Below, piece by piece: positions 52,474-64,000 of a stretch of DNA of 64,000 nucleotides. Location of the stretch: the NCBI GenBank assembly GCA_000934665.2, contig KZ538042.1:62001-126000 (forward strand), read 5' to 3'. The position numbers were made by a program, and so were the translations under genes. Positions within the stretch are counted from its first letter, which is position 1, and every line of letters begins with the position of its first letter. The notes beneath the pieces were generated by a model. That model made no database searches. It saw nothing but the letters and a program-made list of their open reading frames with translations, and had not been told where the DNA came from. The stretch comes from Catajapyx aquilonaris. Taxonomy: Eukaryota.

Positions 52474-54088
52474 CGCCAGAGAGTCACATACCATAAGCCA
52501 ATCATGCCAGTTTGAATTACGAGTATGTTTGTTTAAAACGTTAATTTCGAGCATCCTTTCCCCCCAAGCCATTTTGACGATTCAATTGCAATATATAAAA
52601 GAGCTTTTAAAGCTGGCTTGGAACAAAGAAGCGGTTGTGTGAATGGGCACGTAAATATAAAGCGGAGCATGTGGATGTAGCAGCTAAATGAAAAGACAAA
52701 AACCACCTTTTTCCACCCTCTGTAGGAGGCAACATCAAAGCTTATATTGGGTTGCTGTGGGTATAGAGTGTGTCCTTGCGCCCCAGGGGCGGCCCCTGGG
52801 GCTAGATGCTGGCACCGGATTACAAAACAGAACCCCGGTTGCCATTATGCAACTAATCTGCGGATAATTGCAGGGCTCGGGTGACATGGTTTACCCTAGC
52901 TAAAGCGCACCTTTTTCTTTTCCTCAAATTTTTTTTTTCCAGGCCTCATTTTTCCCCTGCTCTTTTTTTTCCTGCTGTTGTTGTTGGCTGCTGCTGTAGC
53001 TGGAGGAGGAGGAAGAGGGGGGTTAGCATTCACGGATGCCACCAGAAACAAAACAGCGCGGAGGTCATTAATTACGACTAGCCTTAATTACAAAACGCCT
53101 GCCTCATTAATTCAAGCCCTGAGTTTTGGGCCTAATCCCTAACACGGTCTTTCTTCCCTTTGTGCCCGCCTCACTGAACAACAAACATACGGGACGCACC
53201 CAGATAAATATTATATCAGCGGGAGAAATGTAATTAGTCACCAGTTGGCCACCCTGCGAATTACTGGCCTTATGCTCTAATTACCCTGACCACTTCAGTG
53301 TTGGAAGAACTTGGGGAGAAAATTGGACACCCGTTCAGTGTTAATATATTGGCAACGCTCGTCGCATGGTCCAGCCATTCAGTTGGCGACACTGTGTCAG
53401 TGAGCCGGGTCCGGAACTGGTCCGGTTTCGTCAGTCTTCTTGGCCGAGGTGTACCGGTAATGGCCGGCTAATTAAGGAGGATTGCAATTATCCTCGGGTT
53501 TAAATGAATGAATAGTACATGAGGCTTTCATTGCCAATTAGTGCTGCTCGTGATGACATGATTCCCCCCCACCCCTTTCCCCCCCTCTTCTCTCCACTTT
53601 ACAAACGCTGTACTTGTCAACTTATCCATTCTTTCACTTATAATAATACCCGCAAGGTCCGGGGGATATAAATAAGTCACGAGTAGGTCTGCACCTTCCC
53701 AATGTAATCCTTGGCTCCCTTTGATTTTCACTTTTTGCATGTTATTTAACCCTCCCCGGCTAATTGCGGGGCTTATGCAACTCTCATTACGCTTGTTGGC
53801 TCCTTGGCGGAAATTACATTCAACTTTCAAGGCCCGCTGTCACATTTGTATGCTTTGCAAAAAGCCCCCCATGTAGGTAATAAGCTCATGCTTCGTACGC
53901 TGTAATTGAGCCTGCGGTCATACAGTGCGTACGCACTAATATGTTCGCATAAGCCTACCAAAATTGCGTCATCTACTATTTACGCCCGATGTACTGTACG
54001 TACACTCAACTGTAAGAGCTGTAGGTTACAATGTAATATCAGCAAGCCGCAGTTTGTATTTCAATTGCTTGGGTACGTTATCCTATGT

Positions 54089-54168
54089 TACTAATTGAAC
54101 ATGTCTTTTTCTTGCAGGTAAGTTTGTCTGCATGACCTACAGTGTACGGAGAGCTGATAGTGGTGAGT
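54089..54168 (+). other. Candidate recursive splice site (CAG|GTAAGT) with 45-nt frame-preserving microexon 54118-54162
   Basis: TACTAAT branch motif 54089-54095, tctttttcttgCAG ending 54117, perfect donor GTAAGT at 54118, second donor GTG|GTGAGT at 54163; phase-1 reading (G)KFVCMTYSVRRADS(G) is open, other two frames stop. Confidence 0.65.
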
Positions 54169-54256
54169 ACTCTATCTCACCAAATGGCTGCAAATTTTCA
54201 AGAAAAGAACTTTTTTGGATTTTTTTCTGTCTGCCCGAAAAGCGCAAGAAACAGCT

Positions 54257-54470
54257 ACAAACGGTTTTCGGATTCGGATTCAGGGGGGTCCTAAATAGGT
54301 TTCAAGGCCAACTTCCGGTTTTCCAGGTTCACTCTATCCGCCAAGGTCGAGTCTACGGCCGGGTGACCTTGGCTTCCTTTGAAACCGGAAATGAGGCTAA
54401 CAACATTCAATGTCGTTGTTGTCCAAATTAGAAGTTCCTTGGAAATGAGAAAAAGTCGACTCGAATCACA
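54257..54470 (+). mobile_element. HINE-like element, partial
   Basis: cggttttcggattcggattcag...caacttccggttttccaggttcactctatccgccaaggtcgagtct...tgagaaaaagtcgactcgaatcac. Confidence 0.8.
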
Positions 54471-54605
54471 TCTGACATAATATAGCAGAAAGTTTGTATG
54501 TTTGTATGTCCGGGCGATCTAACCCACTTTCGGACTACTGAGAGTGCCGAAACTCGTCACACTGATGGCTTATTGATTGTGAAAAAGTCCGAAAACCACA
54601 CTTTT
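54471..54605 (+). mobile_element. Helitron-like 5' fragment (same family as 16200-16495)
   Basis: gaaagtttgtatgtttgtatgtccggg..ctaacccactttcggactactgagagtgccgaaac..aaaagtccgaaaac. Confidence 0.7.
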
Positions 54606-55539
54606 TTTTTTGTAAAAGTCGAAATGACTACAAGTTAGGATTTTACCGGTTGCCTTTGCCATGGAAAGATGCCGTGCGAAGAACGGGCTCCGCTGCTAGT
54701 CTCGTTATCATTTTTGACGAGCAATAATTTCCGAAACACCCTGTGCAACCTCCCAGTGTAATCGTGGTATCTGGCTGATGTCCCCAGCCTTCTCTCTCTC
54801 TCGATTTGACTAGCGTGAGTGACTTGCCAGATATTGAGTGGGCCAAGTGCCCTCCACGGCTAAAGGTAGGCACTTCCCAAAGGCAGTCTGGTGCAGATCC
54901 CCCCCTGCAATTTCTCTCCTCTTTTTTTTATCCATCCTCCTTTGCTCATATGAATGGGACAGGTGTACTGTACAACCCCCCCTCCAATATTCGGGTTCCT
55001 GTCATTTGTGCCAGTGGAAGGGGCAGGGTAGTCGAAATTGCCTTCCCGTGTTTGATAGCCTGTAATAAATTATGAGGCTCGCCATTGGATGCTGAAGGGC
55101 AATTATTTTTTTCCGCCCCCTCCCAGATGATATAATTGCGTTTTTTTTAAAAAAAATCTATATGAAAGTGTACATTGTGATTGGCACGGAAGCGTATCAT
55201 TGGAGCCGGATTCCTGCAAGTGCCAAACTGCCACTCACTTCCGGTCCCGAGTAGCCTACTATCGTTTTGGAGAGGCGGGCTGGGGGGGAAATAATAATTA
55301 TCGCCGAGTCCGAATCCCCCCTTGCCTGCTATTGCCTTTTTGCAAAAAGGGGAGGCCCTCCCTATAATAGCTTACCGCCCGCGGAATTTGCACGGCACCC
55401 CGATTAGGTGCTAAAAAAATGCGCAACAAGTCCTTGCCCCGCACGCCTCACTACGTCAATCATCCTAAGGGTGTACTCGGGACAAGAACATGCCACACTC
55501 ACCCAATCTTCATCCCCTAGGGGGAAACATAGTCGCTAC

Positions 55540-55970
55540 ATGTGATTTTTTTAAACCAGAGCAACCGAGTGCGCACAACAGTTCGCGCAGCTTGCAGGGT
55601 TGGCATTAACAAAATGATGGTTGGTGGGGCAGATGGTAACGTCTCGGCTAGCTGAGTGAAAGGTCCCATGTTCGATCCCTACCTGGGAGTTCCCTTTCAC
55701 CTGCGTCGGGAGGGTCTCTGACCTTCTCCCTACTACATTTTCGACGTTTTGGCCCAAGGAATACGCTGGCTGCCGTTGACCGTTACTAGTAGTAAGAAAC
55801 ACCTTGTGTAGAGGGTGTACTGCTTTGTACTTATTTCCAACGATGCGTTTTGGGGGAGTGGGCAAATGGCCGACGTTTGCGACGTTGCCAAGGCTCTGGA
55901 ACGAACCGCTCCTGGAGAGTAAGAACAATGGAGCTGCGCGAATGTGGGTGCGCACTAGGTTCGTTTATAG
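55540..55970 (+). mobile_element. MITE family A copy interrupted by a SINE (further degenerate A copy at 56020-56170)
   Basis: gcaaccgagtgcgcacaacagttcgcgca start; cttatttccaacg...atggccgacgtttgcgacgttgccaagg resumes after ~55810. Confidence 0.8.
55617..55805 (+). mobile_element. tRNA-derived SINE (Pol III A and B boxes)
   Basis: A-box-like tggggcagatgg 55625-55636, B-box gttcgatccc 55670-55679 at tRNA spacing, followed by non-tRNA body; absent from other family A copies. Confidence 0.7.
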
Positions 55971-56542
55971 TCGCTGCTACTTATTTCAAAACATAACAGT
56001 TTTGGCCCCTGACAGTTATATATGAATTTTTATAAGAGCAACGAATGCGCACCGACACTCGCGCAGCTCCATTGAGCTGACAACAACGTTGCCAGAGTTA
56101 CTGTCCCACTTGTAGTGCGTGCTTGCACCATCCGGTGTGAGTGCAGTGCGCGGGGGGGTATTATGCAGTTTGCACAAGTTGATCCAAGCACAGTGTGCCT
56201 CCCTCCCTCCCTCCCCATCCAAAAATGGTGCGGTAATATTTACTGCGGGCCTTTGATATAATTGATTTGTAAGAGCGGATGAACTGTGTGTGCTGGCTTC
56301 CGCATTGTCTGCTGCCAGCAACACAGCCTGGGATTGCCAGTGTTTTCCATCGGGGGCAGGGCAGGCCAGGGTGGGGGTTCAAATTGCTTCATTTGATAAC
56401 CCTGCTGGTGCCTCTAAAAACACACTGTAATGCCCGTAACTCCATTTCTGACTCGCGTCATTCTGTACAGTGCTGCATAAAGCCCAAAGAAAGAATATTG
56501 CTAGTGTAACAATAATTAACTTCTTTTTAAAAACCGTTACTT

Positions 56543-56843
56543 AGGCTCGAGTCAGAGAGTCGCCAACTTCTGACTTCATGTCGTCTCTGGTTGGCTGGAG
56601 TCATTTTGGACAGTTTATGTGTCCTATGGAGGCCGCCATCTTGCGTTTCTAAGGTGGCCGGCTCTGACGTCACGGTCGACTCCGATTGGACAAGCCAATC
56701 GGAGTCGACCGTGACGTCAGAGCCAACCACTATTTCCAGAGAAACGAAAGATGTCACCCTCCATAGGACCCGTAAACTGTCCAAAATGACTTCAGCCAAC
56801 CAGAGACTCTGAAGTCAGAAGTTGGCGAATCTGACTCCAGCCT
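56543..56843. mobile_element. Palindromic MITE family G
   Basis: Central palindrome ggctctgacgtcacggtcgactccgattgg-acaag-ccaatcggagtcgaccgtgacgtcagagcc; outer tcgccaacttctgacttca / tgaagtcagaagttggcga. Confidence 0.9.
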
Positions 56844-57494
56844 CTCTAGACTGGATGCGTAGATATCCAGATAGTGCAGGGCAGATTCATGAAAAGTTTT
56901 GTAAAAAAAAAGTTCCTAATTTCCTCTTGTAAAAAGGGAGGAATACGAGACAGTGGAAGGAGGGAGGGGGAAAGAATAAGTGAAGCTAATCTTGTTGGGT
57001 GTCATCTCGTATCTGAAGGAGTCCAAAGAATTTCCTTCTTTTTTTGTGTATGTGTGCAGACGGTACCTTTACCTTCCCCCTCTTCCAAGGCTCCGATTGT
57101 CAGTGGGAAGGAAAAACACGGATGACATTTGAGCGGAAGCGGAGAAGAAGAAGAAAAAGAAAAAGAGTAGAATGGGTACAAATCGGGGGAGGAGGGAGGG
57201 GGGGGGGGAATATATGGAGGCGTCTTCTAAGGAGACTTTCTCCCCCCCCCCCTCCCCTCACCAGGCTCTAATCTCCTAATGGAAATTGAGTTTTGGAAAA
57301 TGAGTCTGCAGCCACTCTCTTCCTTCCAACAAACCCATTGTTGAGAGCCCTTCTTGCAGACTCGTTACAGGGTGGACCAGCATGCCATAACTGTACTGAC
57401 GTCACGAGTCTGCAATTGTTTTTTTTTTCTCTTGTCGGAATAATTTCATTTTCACTTTACATATTCTTCCGAGGTTATTCCGTAGCTGTAATAC

Positions 57495-57866
57495 CAGGGA
57501 GCATAATTATTATACTATACATAAGAGGCGCAAACTTCTGTCGGCGCCTTTGATGTCCGCGTCTCTCTGTTTGTAGCCGTTGCCAAGGCTGGCGGCCACT
57601 TTGAAATATGGGCAACGCCAACGAGGTATATAGGGTACAGGCAAAAATAGGGTCCGCCATCTTTGATGGTTTTGGCGGCCATGGCAACTACACGGCAAGA
57701 ACAAGCGCGAATCAAAGATGGCGGACCCTATTTTTTCCTGTACCCTATTTATTATACCTCGTTGGCGTTACCCACACTTCAAAGTGGCCGCCAGCCTTGG
57801 CAACGCCCCAAACAGAGAGACGCGGAAATCGAATGTTTGTGCCTCTTACGTAGTATATGCTCCCTG
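57495..57866. mobile_element. Fold-back MITE family C, complete, 7-bp TSD (P-element-like)
   Basis: TIR cagggagcata / tatgctccctg; TSD gtaatac at 57488-57494 and 57867-57873; long inverted arms. Confidence 0.88.
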
Positions 57867-58017
57867 GTAATACCGACAACGAATGTACGGAAAATGAAAG
57901 AACGATCTTGACGTCATCGTTTCTTCCATTGTTGCTTTTTTGTGGACACTGTTTACTCGTATTGTTCTGCGAGGGTATTTCCATGGAAACCTCGATGACC
58001 TCATTTTCCGCACATTA

Positions 58018-58241
58018 TAGGCGAATTTTTAAATGAGCGCAACCGAGTGCGCAACACAGTTCGCGTAATTGTCTCCAACACGACATTTGAATGGGTAACA
58101 ATATGACCGACTTTTGCGATGTTGCCAAGGCTCTCGAAGGAACCTTAAGAGCCCCCTGAGGAGTAATTGTGGCAACGTTGTCGGAACAATGGACTTGCGC
58201 GAGTGGGTGCGCATGCGGTTGCGCTCGTAGGAAATTCATCT
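58018..58241 (+). mobile_element. MITE family A copy
   Basis: gaatttttaaatgagcgcaaccgagtgcgca ... tgcgcatgcggttgcgctcgtaggaaattcatc. Confidence 0.9.
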
Positions 58242-58830
58242 GCTGGTTGCTGGAGGTGAACAATAGGCAACTTCTTGGCTGCGCACCGCCCTGTTAAATT
58301 TTTTAGAGGTATGGTTTGGGGAAAGGGCCCATTTTTCACACTCGGGCCATTCTTTTTTTTTTTCCTTCACCGCGAGCGTTTGCTACACACACGAGTGGCC
58401 TGGGCGACATAACTGCAGCTGTTTATTTTCTCTGTTTATTTTCTGCCGCTGATTTACCGGGGGGTGTCGACGTGGGGGTCAGGCTCATTTCAAGGGGGAT
58501 GGAGGGAATACAAAGAGAGGGGAGGGGAGGAGAGGGGGGGTATGAAAAATGTGCTGCAGACGCAATTCCAAATTTCCACAACCCTCGTATAGGGCGACAT
58601 GCACCCGCGAGGAAAATAAATGTCATTTTTTATTCCCCNCCTTTCCCCCCCCCCCCCCCCCTCCACATCTCCGCCTGCGCCTTTTCCTGCCTCGGTTTAC
58701 TTAACTCCTCATATTGTTAGGAAAGCCCATCTCGCATGCTACAAGTTAGCATCCCTGCTGCCCACCTGACATATCCACAATGAGGAGAAAGTGTACGCCA
58801 CAGAGTTCAGGTGATGACTCACCCCGGACA

Positions 58831-59101
58831 AGCGACCCTCCGAGAGTGCACATCTGGCACCTCCCCACACTTCCACGCATGCTCCGAGGGAATGAGGGTA
58901 CCAAGTGAAGAGAACATTATCTCTTTAAAACATTCTACTGGCAAAGGAAATATCACTCTGGTACTTATATGTAAATTGATATTCAGACATGTAGTAGACT
59001 ACTTATGTATGTAATTGGAAAAACGTCACTTACACCATCTGGCAACCTTGTGGACATGTGAAAAGTGGGAGGTGCTCGAAGTGCATTCTCGGAGGGCCGC
59101 T
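58831..59101. mobile_element. MITE with ~45-bp imperfect TIRs
   Basis: agcgaccctccgagagtgcac..gcacctccc / gggaggtgc..gtgcattctcggagggccgct. Confidence 0.75.
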
Positions 59102-61417
59102 GCCTATAGTAGCACAATTCAGCAGTTATAACAGCTAGTTGCAGCAGATATCAAATTATTAGCTGTTAGTATCAGGTTGAATGGAGGCATAAATTTAAGT
59201 CCGTATATATGGCATGCCAGTGGTTTAAAAATCTTTTTGCCATAATGTGTCGAATTTGTGGCTAATTGTTAGCACCGCATTTTGATAAACGGGGTCTGGT
59301 TCCATTATGCTCGAGTGACAAAGACTAGTTGCAATAGTAGTAATCGCTATGGCGGCGGCAAGGCAGATCTGCAAAGCAAATATTGATACAATTAGCTATT
59401 TTCCTTCGGATGACTCGACTCTCTCTCTTGTGTTCCAAAGGCTTTTAAGCGAGCTTAAAGCGTCACGGCTCGTTTACACGCAGCCCAGAATTTACCCGTA
59501 ACAATATATTACATCTATCGGCTCCCTATAGAAGCTGTTGAAACTACCTGGGGTAAAAGGGAGAACGCTTATGGAGCCATTTACACACCACAGGAAGCTA
59601 GACCCGATCCGGACCTGGTTCGGTTACTAGCTGACAGTATCGCCAATTATTATAGACACTTCTTATAATATTAAAATCTTCCTTTGTTTGTACTATAAGC
59701 ATTCGGATTGGTTGTTGTTACCGCGACGCGTCCTATTGGCCCGCGTTCTACGCCTGCGCAATGGGGGTGGCGGCAGCGCCTCTGGTGTGTGGGAGGAGAA
59801 ATTGTCCATTCGTTAGCTGTCGGCCGTAGGGTCTACGTCGCTCTATTCCAACGCCCTGTTCGAAGGCCAAGGAGATTAACAATATGGCCGCCATCACCGC
59901 AGGCCTAGAAAAAATCGAACGAAGCGAGGTTTCTTTCGGTGTTTCTAAATTTTGTAGCCATGGATTCCGCCAACGACCACTCGAAAGAGGAGCAACCTGT
60001 TGGAATGCGCAACAATAAGGTCTTTTTCACGCCATCCGATTGTTGGATGAGACACATTCCTGTTGGCACCTTCGGCAACAATATTTGCACATCCTCTTAC
60101 AGTGTTTCTTTTGAACTCCAGCCTATTAAGGCTCTGAACGGTAGGCATAATTTATCATCTCCGTTTCTTTTTATTGTACGATTTTTTTTTTTTAAAAAAA
60201 AAAGAAGCTGTGCTTGAAACTTCCAATGGTAACTAAGCACGAAAGTTTAGCAAAGAAAGAAAAAAAAAAAAGGCCGCAACTTTTTCTCTCGTCTCTTTTG
60301 AACCCGGGAGCACAGCATCAGAGGCCATTATTCGCGAACTTTGGTCACAGAAGCAGCAGCGTTTCTTGAGAGAGAGAGAAGGTTGAGGGATTGTTGGCCG
60401 GCTTCTCTTTCTCTCGCTGCCTTTGAAGGTGTCTTCATTTTTTAAAAGCTCTTGCTTCTGTTGCATGGAGGGGGTTGAGTGGGGGGCAATCCGACGTCAG
60501 AAGCTGGAAAAGTCAGAAGAGGGCGGGGGGCCTCAGGGTATAGGAAGGGAGGGGGAAATCGAGGCTTGTTGCAAATGAAGTTGTAAGGGAAGTGCTTGTT
60601 AAGCCACTGAGGTGAATTCCTCCAGACATGAAAATAATGAAAAAAAAGAGAGAGAGAAGAAGAAGACAGCGCCATTGCTTTATTTCCTAAGCCCGGCTGC
60701 TGTTGTCTCCTTGCCTTCATTCGGTCGACTTAATTTGTAGTTATTGCCAAGACTGGATGAAAACGGCTCCCGCTTCAGTTTCGCCATTTGATTCTTTAAT
60801 ATTGCATCGCAATCTGCATAACTAATCGACGCTCCGGTCCCTGTCAGCATCCCTACAGAGTGTTCCCCACTCAACTGCCAGCAAGATTTTGTATATATTA
60901 AGCGGTTACTTCGGAACAAGTCCTGTAAGGGTGTCGGTTGGAAATAACATTAAAAAAAATGGAACATCAGGATTCGCTAACTGAAATGGACACACACGGA
61001 TTCCTGCGTTAATTTGGGCGTAAAATGTGTCCCGCTACGTACAAATTGAGCCAGCTTCCGGGTGTAGAGGGTAAGCGAGACAAGTCAGTTTGCACACATT
61101 GATTTCGGCAGCAGCATCCCTGCCTGGACCGGGACTTCTTTTTTTTTTGGCCTGGAGATGAGACATGGCTGCTGCTGCCTCAGGAGGTAGGCAGGGTGGG
61201 GAAGGTAGCTAAGTATGCAAATGGGTTTGGAGGCGCTCGCTTTTCCAGAGGAAGAGGAAAAGGGGGAGGGTTGGGGATGGTGTGGAAGAGGGGGCGAGAG
61301 ATAGTCAGTGGAGTGAGCAAAGAGAAGGTCTGGACGGAAAGAGCCAAGGCGCCTCGGATGATTCGAATGCCAAGCAGACGACTTTAGGGGATGGGTAGGG
61401 GGAAAAGGGGGGGGGGG

Positions 61418-61446
61418 NNNNNNNNNNNNNNNNNNNNNNNNNNNNN
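61418..61446. other. Assembly gap (N run) between poly-G and poly-C
   Basis: Run of N. Confidence 1.
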
Positions 61447-62782
61447 TTTGCCCCCCCCCCCCTCCAAAAAAAAGTCGTACGTCAGCAGCAAACTGCTTAG
61501 GAAAGAAAAGTGAGGGATCCCCACCCAACCTATTTGCTGATTTCGGCATGAAAAAAAAGTCACTTTTACAGAGGACGGATCGAATTCAGGCTCGTTCGCA
61601 ATGTAGGCGTTCAATTCGTTACACTATAGAGTCCTTGTGTGTCACCATCAGAAGCCACAACTGTGCGTGACTAAATCCGTGCGTGATGACACAGGTTTGT
61701 TTTAATTAGCTCCATGTCTGACAAATAAAGCGAGTCAGCCATGCTGATAACCTCGTGCGGTTTTGCTGATAAGATTTCAAAGTCCGGACTCTGCCTAACA
61801 GCCAGCCTGTCAGTCACTGACCTTGTTTGGTGCTGGGATGAGTGCAGTGGCTGTTTCCGTGTGATTTTTAGTGACGCTGATTCGCCAGGTAAGACTTTGT
61901 ACACTTTTTTTTTATTTCGTGCACTCGACTATAGTCCAATTGCATCTGGTTATCTCAGGATTATTACACGTAAAGCCAGAGTGAATCCCCTCCGATTACT
62001 CCGGGGTTTCCTGAGGATGGTCTCAGAATTCCCTCCGGCACCACTTGTGGATTATTCTCGAGTTGCTCCCAGGCCATCTCCGAATCACCCCCGGAATTAC
62101 TGCCCCGGATTTACAGGGCAGACAAAAGGCCCCCCCCTGTAATTATTTATGCCATCCAATCGGAATGATTTTCCGACTGGACTGATATTAGGAAAATGTT
62201 GCGAACCTGTAAGTATCGACCTAAAAGTGTAATTTTGTCCGCAGCAACTATTTTGATTATATGATCCTTCGAGTTGCCATGTACCCTTGCCCCACCAACC
62301 CCCTCTCCTCCAGCCCTGGGGCCTCGTTCTCGCCTTGCAAACGAGGACAACGGCGGCAGTAAAACCTTATTGGTCGTCCCGCTCTAATATATGAAGTCCC
62401 AGTTAATTGTCAAAAGGATATTAACACGCGCCCGGGATCACTTTCATTCCCACAACCTGCCTTCAGGGGTGGGATGGAGCCAAGGGGGGATCAAATTTCC
62501 TCTCTTCTTCGTCTGACGAAATGCCTTCCACCCACCCACCCCACTCAAAACCCTGCTGGGTTGGGTAGAGAGGAATCCGAGAGTAGCATGCTTGCTGCCT
62601 GCTTTTTTGTTTAGACCCCTGGAATTTGCAGAGTGACAGACGCTTTGAGAAATGGCGATGCTGCGTCTGCTGCTATGTATGAGAGGGCGACGCCGTCGGT
62701 ACGTGTGTACGGCGTCGGAGTGACGTCGGCTTGCCTCAATTATTACCAGACGAGACAACATGTCGCGATTTTTGACTCGGTG

Positions 62783-63245
62783 AAGGCGCTGTTTACACCC
62801 TGACGATATGAGCCTGGGTCGCACGACCAGGTGCTTTGCGACCGACAAAAATGGGAACGACTGAAGGTATGCGACCGCAAAACTGTGACCAAAATCATCT
62901 CCAACAGAAACAGTCGCATGCCTCGACCGGACCTAGGAGAGCCCATTTTTATGGGTCGCACGACCATCACACTCTTTTCGACCGACAAAAATGGGACCGG
63001 ACCGGATCTGTAGGGGAGCATATTTTTTGTCGGTCGCAAAGCGTCTGATGGTCGTGCGACCGACAAAAATGGGACCGGACCGGATCTACAGGGGAGCAAA
63101 TTTCTGTCGGTCGCAAAGCGTCTGGTGGTCGTGCGACCGACAAAAATGGGACCGGACCGGACCTATAGGGGAGCGGATTTTTGTCGGTCGCAAAGCGTCT
63201 GGTCGTGCGACTGATGCTGAAATCGCGAAGGCGTAAACAGGCCTT
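62783..63245. mobile_element. TIR element (PIF/Harbinger-like ends) with internal ~78-bp tandem, self-complementary repeats
   Basis: aaggcgctgtttacac / gcgtaaacaggcctt; 3 units of cgaccgacaaaaatgggaccggaccggatct...ttttgtcggtcgcaaagcgtctg at 62980-63212. Confidence 0.8.
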
Positions 63246-64000
63246 GTGCACTGAGCTGGATGGCGCAGAATTTTTGGTACATCTGGTGAACGTGGCTAGG
63301 ATCTCCCGGGGGCCTGGACCATGCCTGGTGACGTGGATTCTGGTGCGGGAAATGAGCAGACTTTGCGGTCGGTTCCCACATTAGGCTGATGAGACAAGTG
63401 CAGAGCGCCGAGTGCACTCTCTCTCTATTTTCCGTCCATCCCTGGGCCCCACAGCAGGGTCAAAGAACCAAGACCAACGCAGCAGCATCAGGAGAAAAAG
63501 GAGCCCGAGGCGAAAAGGCCTCTGCCGTACCGTGCATTATTACAAGAATCGAGCGGAGGAAAGGAGCCTTGTCTGCTGCCATCAGGAAAAGGGGTTATCT
63601 GCTGGCTGCAGCATCCATCTGCTCCAACTCCAGATGAGGGGGGGAGATAACTCGATGAGCTGTGTCATAATTTGGTTATTTCGGCCCAATTCTCCCAACC
63701 CCGACTGAATTTCACTTCCTGTTGCGTCCTCTCTCAACCCGCCAACGTCGCCACAACATTTGCTTGCCCCTTGACCTCATCATCTCGCATTATGCCAGGA
63801 GACCCCCTCGGGCCGATTTAGCATATATATGGACCAGAGAAGGAATATTGTTACCGCCACGTGTTAATGTAGCAGCGTATACTCGGGAGGGAGAAAAACA
63901 GGAAGCAATTACCAAGCAATGGAGTTCGGATGAAACCTTGTTTGTCATCACTGATGGGGGAAGATGCTCCGCATGACTCAATGGCATGTCGGTCTGGAAA

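Noticed and set aside
55617..55690. Functional tRNA gene
   Set aside because: A and B boxes are present but I cannot build clean acceptor and anticodon stems, and it continues into a body inserted within a MITE; better explained as a SINE.

Overview
Eukaryotic (invertebrate, probably arthropod) genomic DNA with no intact protein-coding gene, rRNA, genuine tRNA or CRISPR array. The long ORFs in the track are chance or repeat-derived. The window alternates unique, TAAT/ATTA- and GA-rich islands with a dense, often nested set of small non-autonomous transposons: about 10 copies of one ~240-bp MITE, 5 copies of a non-autonomous Helitron, about 6 DINE-1/Helentron-like (HINE) copies, two hAT MITEs with 8-bp TSDs and internal TCGA/CGATA arrays, many fold-back MITEs, a tRNA-derived SINE and a hAT deletion derivative with a frameshifted transposase C-terminus. 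The most interesting signal is on the + strand: strong 3' splice sites fused directly to a GT and followed 45-47 nt later by a second donor (54117/54118 AG|GTAAGT; 16979/16980 AG|GTGAAA). This is the architecture of recursive splice sites with short RS-exons. The 45-nt exon is frame-preserving, (G)KFVCMTYSVRRADS(G), resembling the layout of Drosophila Ubx microexons. The window is therefore plausibly the interior of a very long + strand intron of a developmental gene; this is inference and the host gene cannot be identified here. Coordinates were read by eye and element ends may be off by a few bases.
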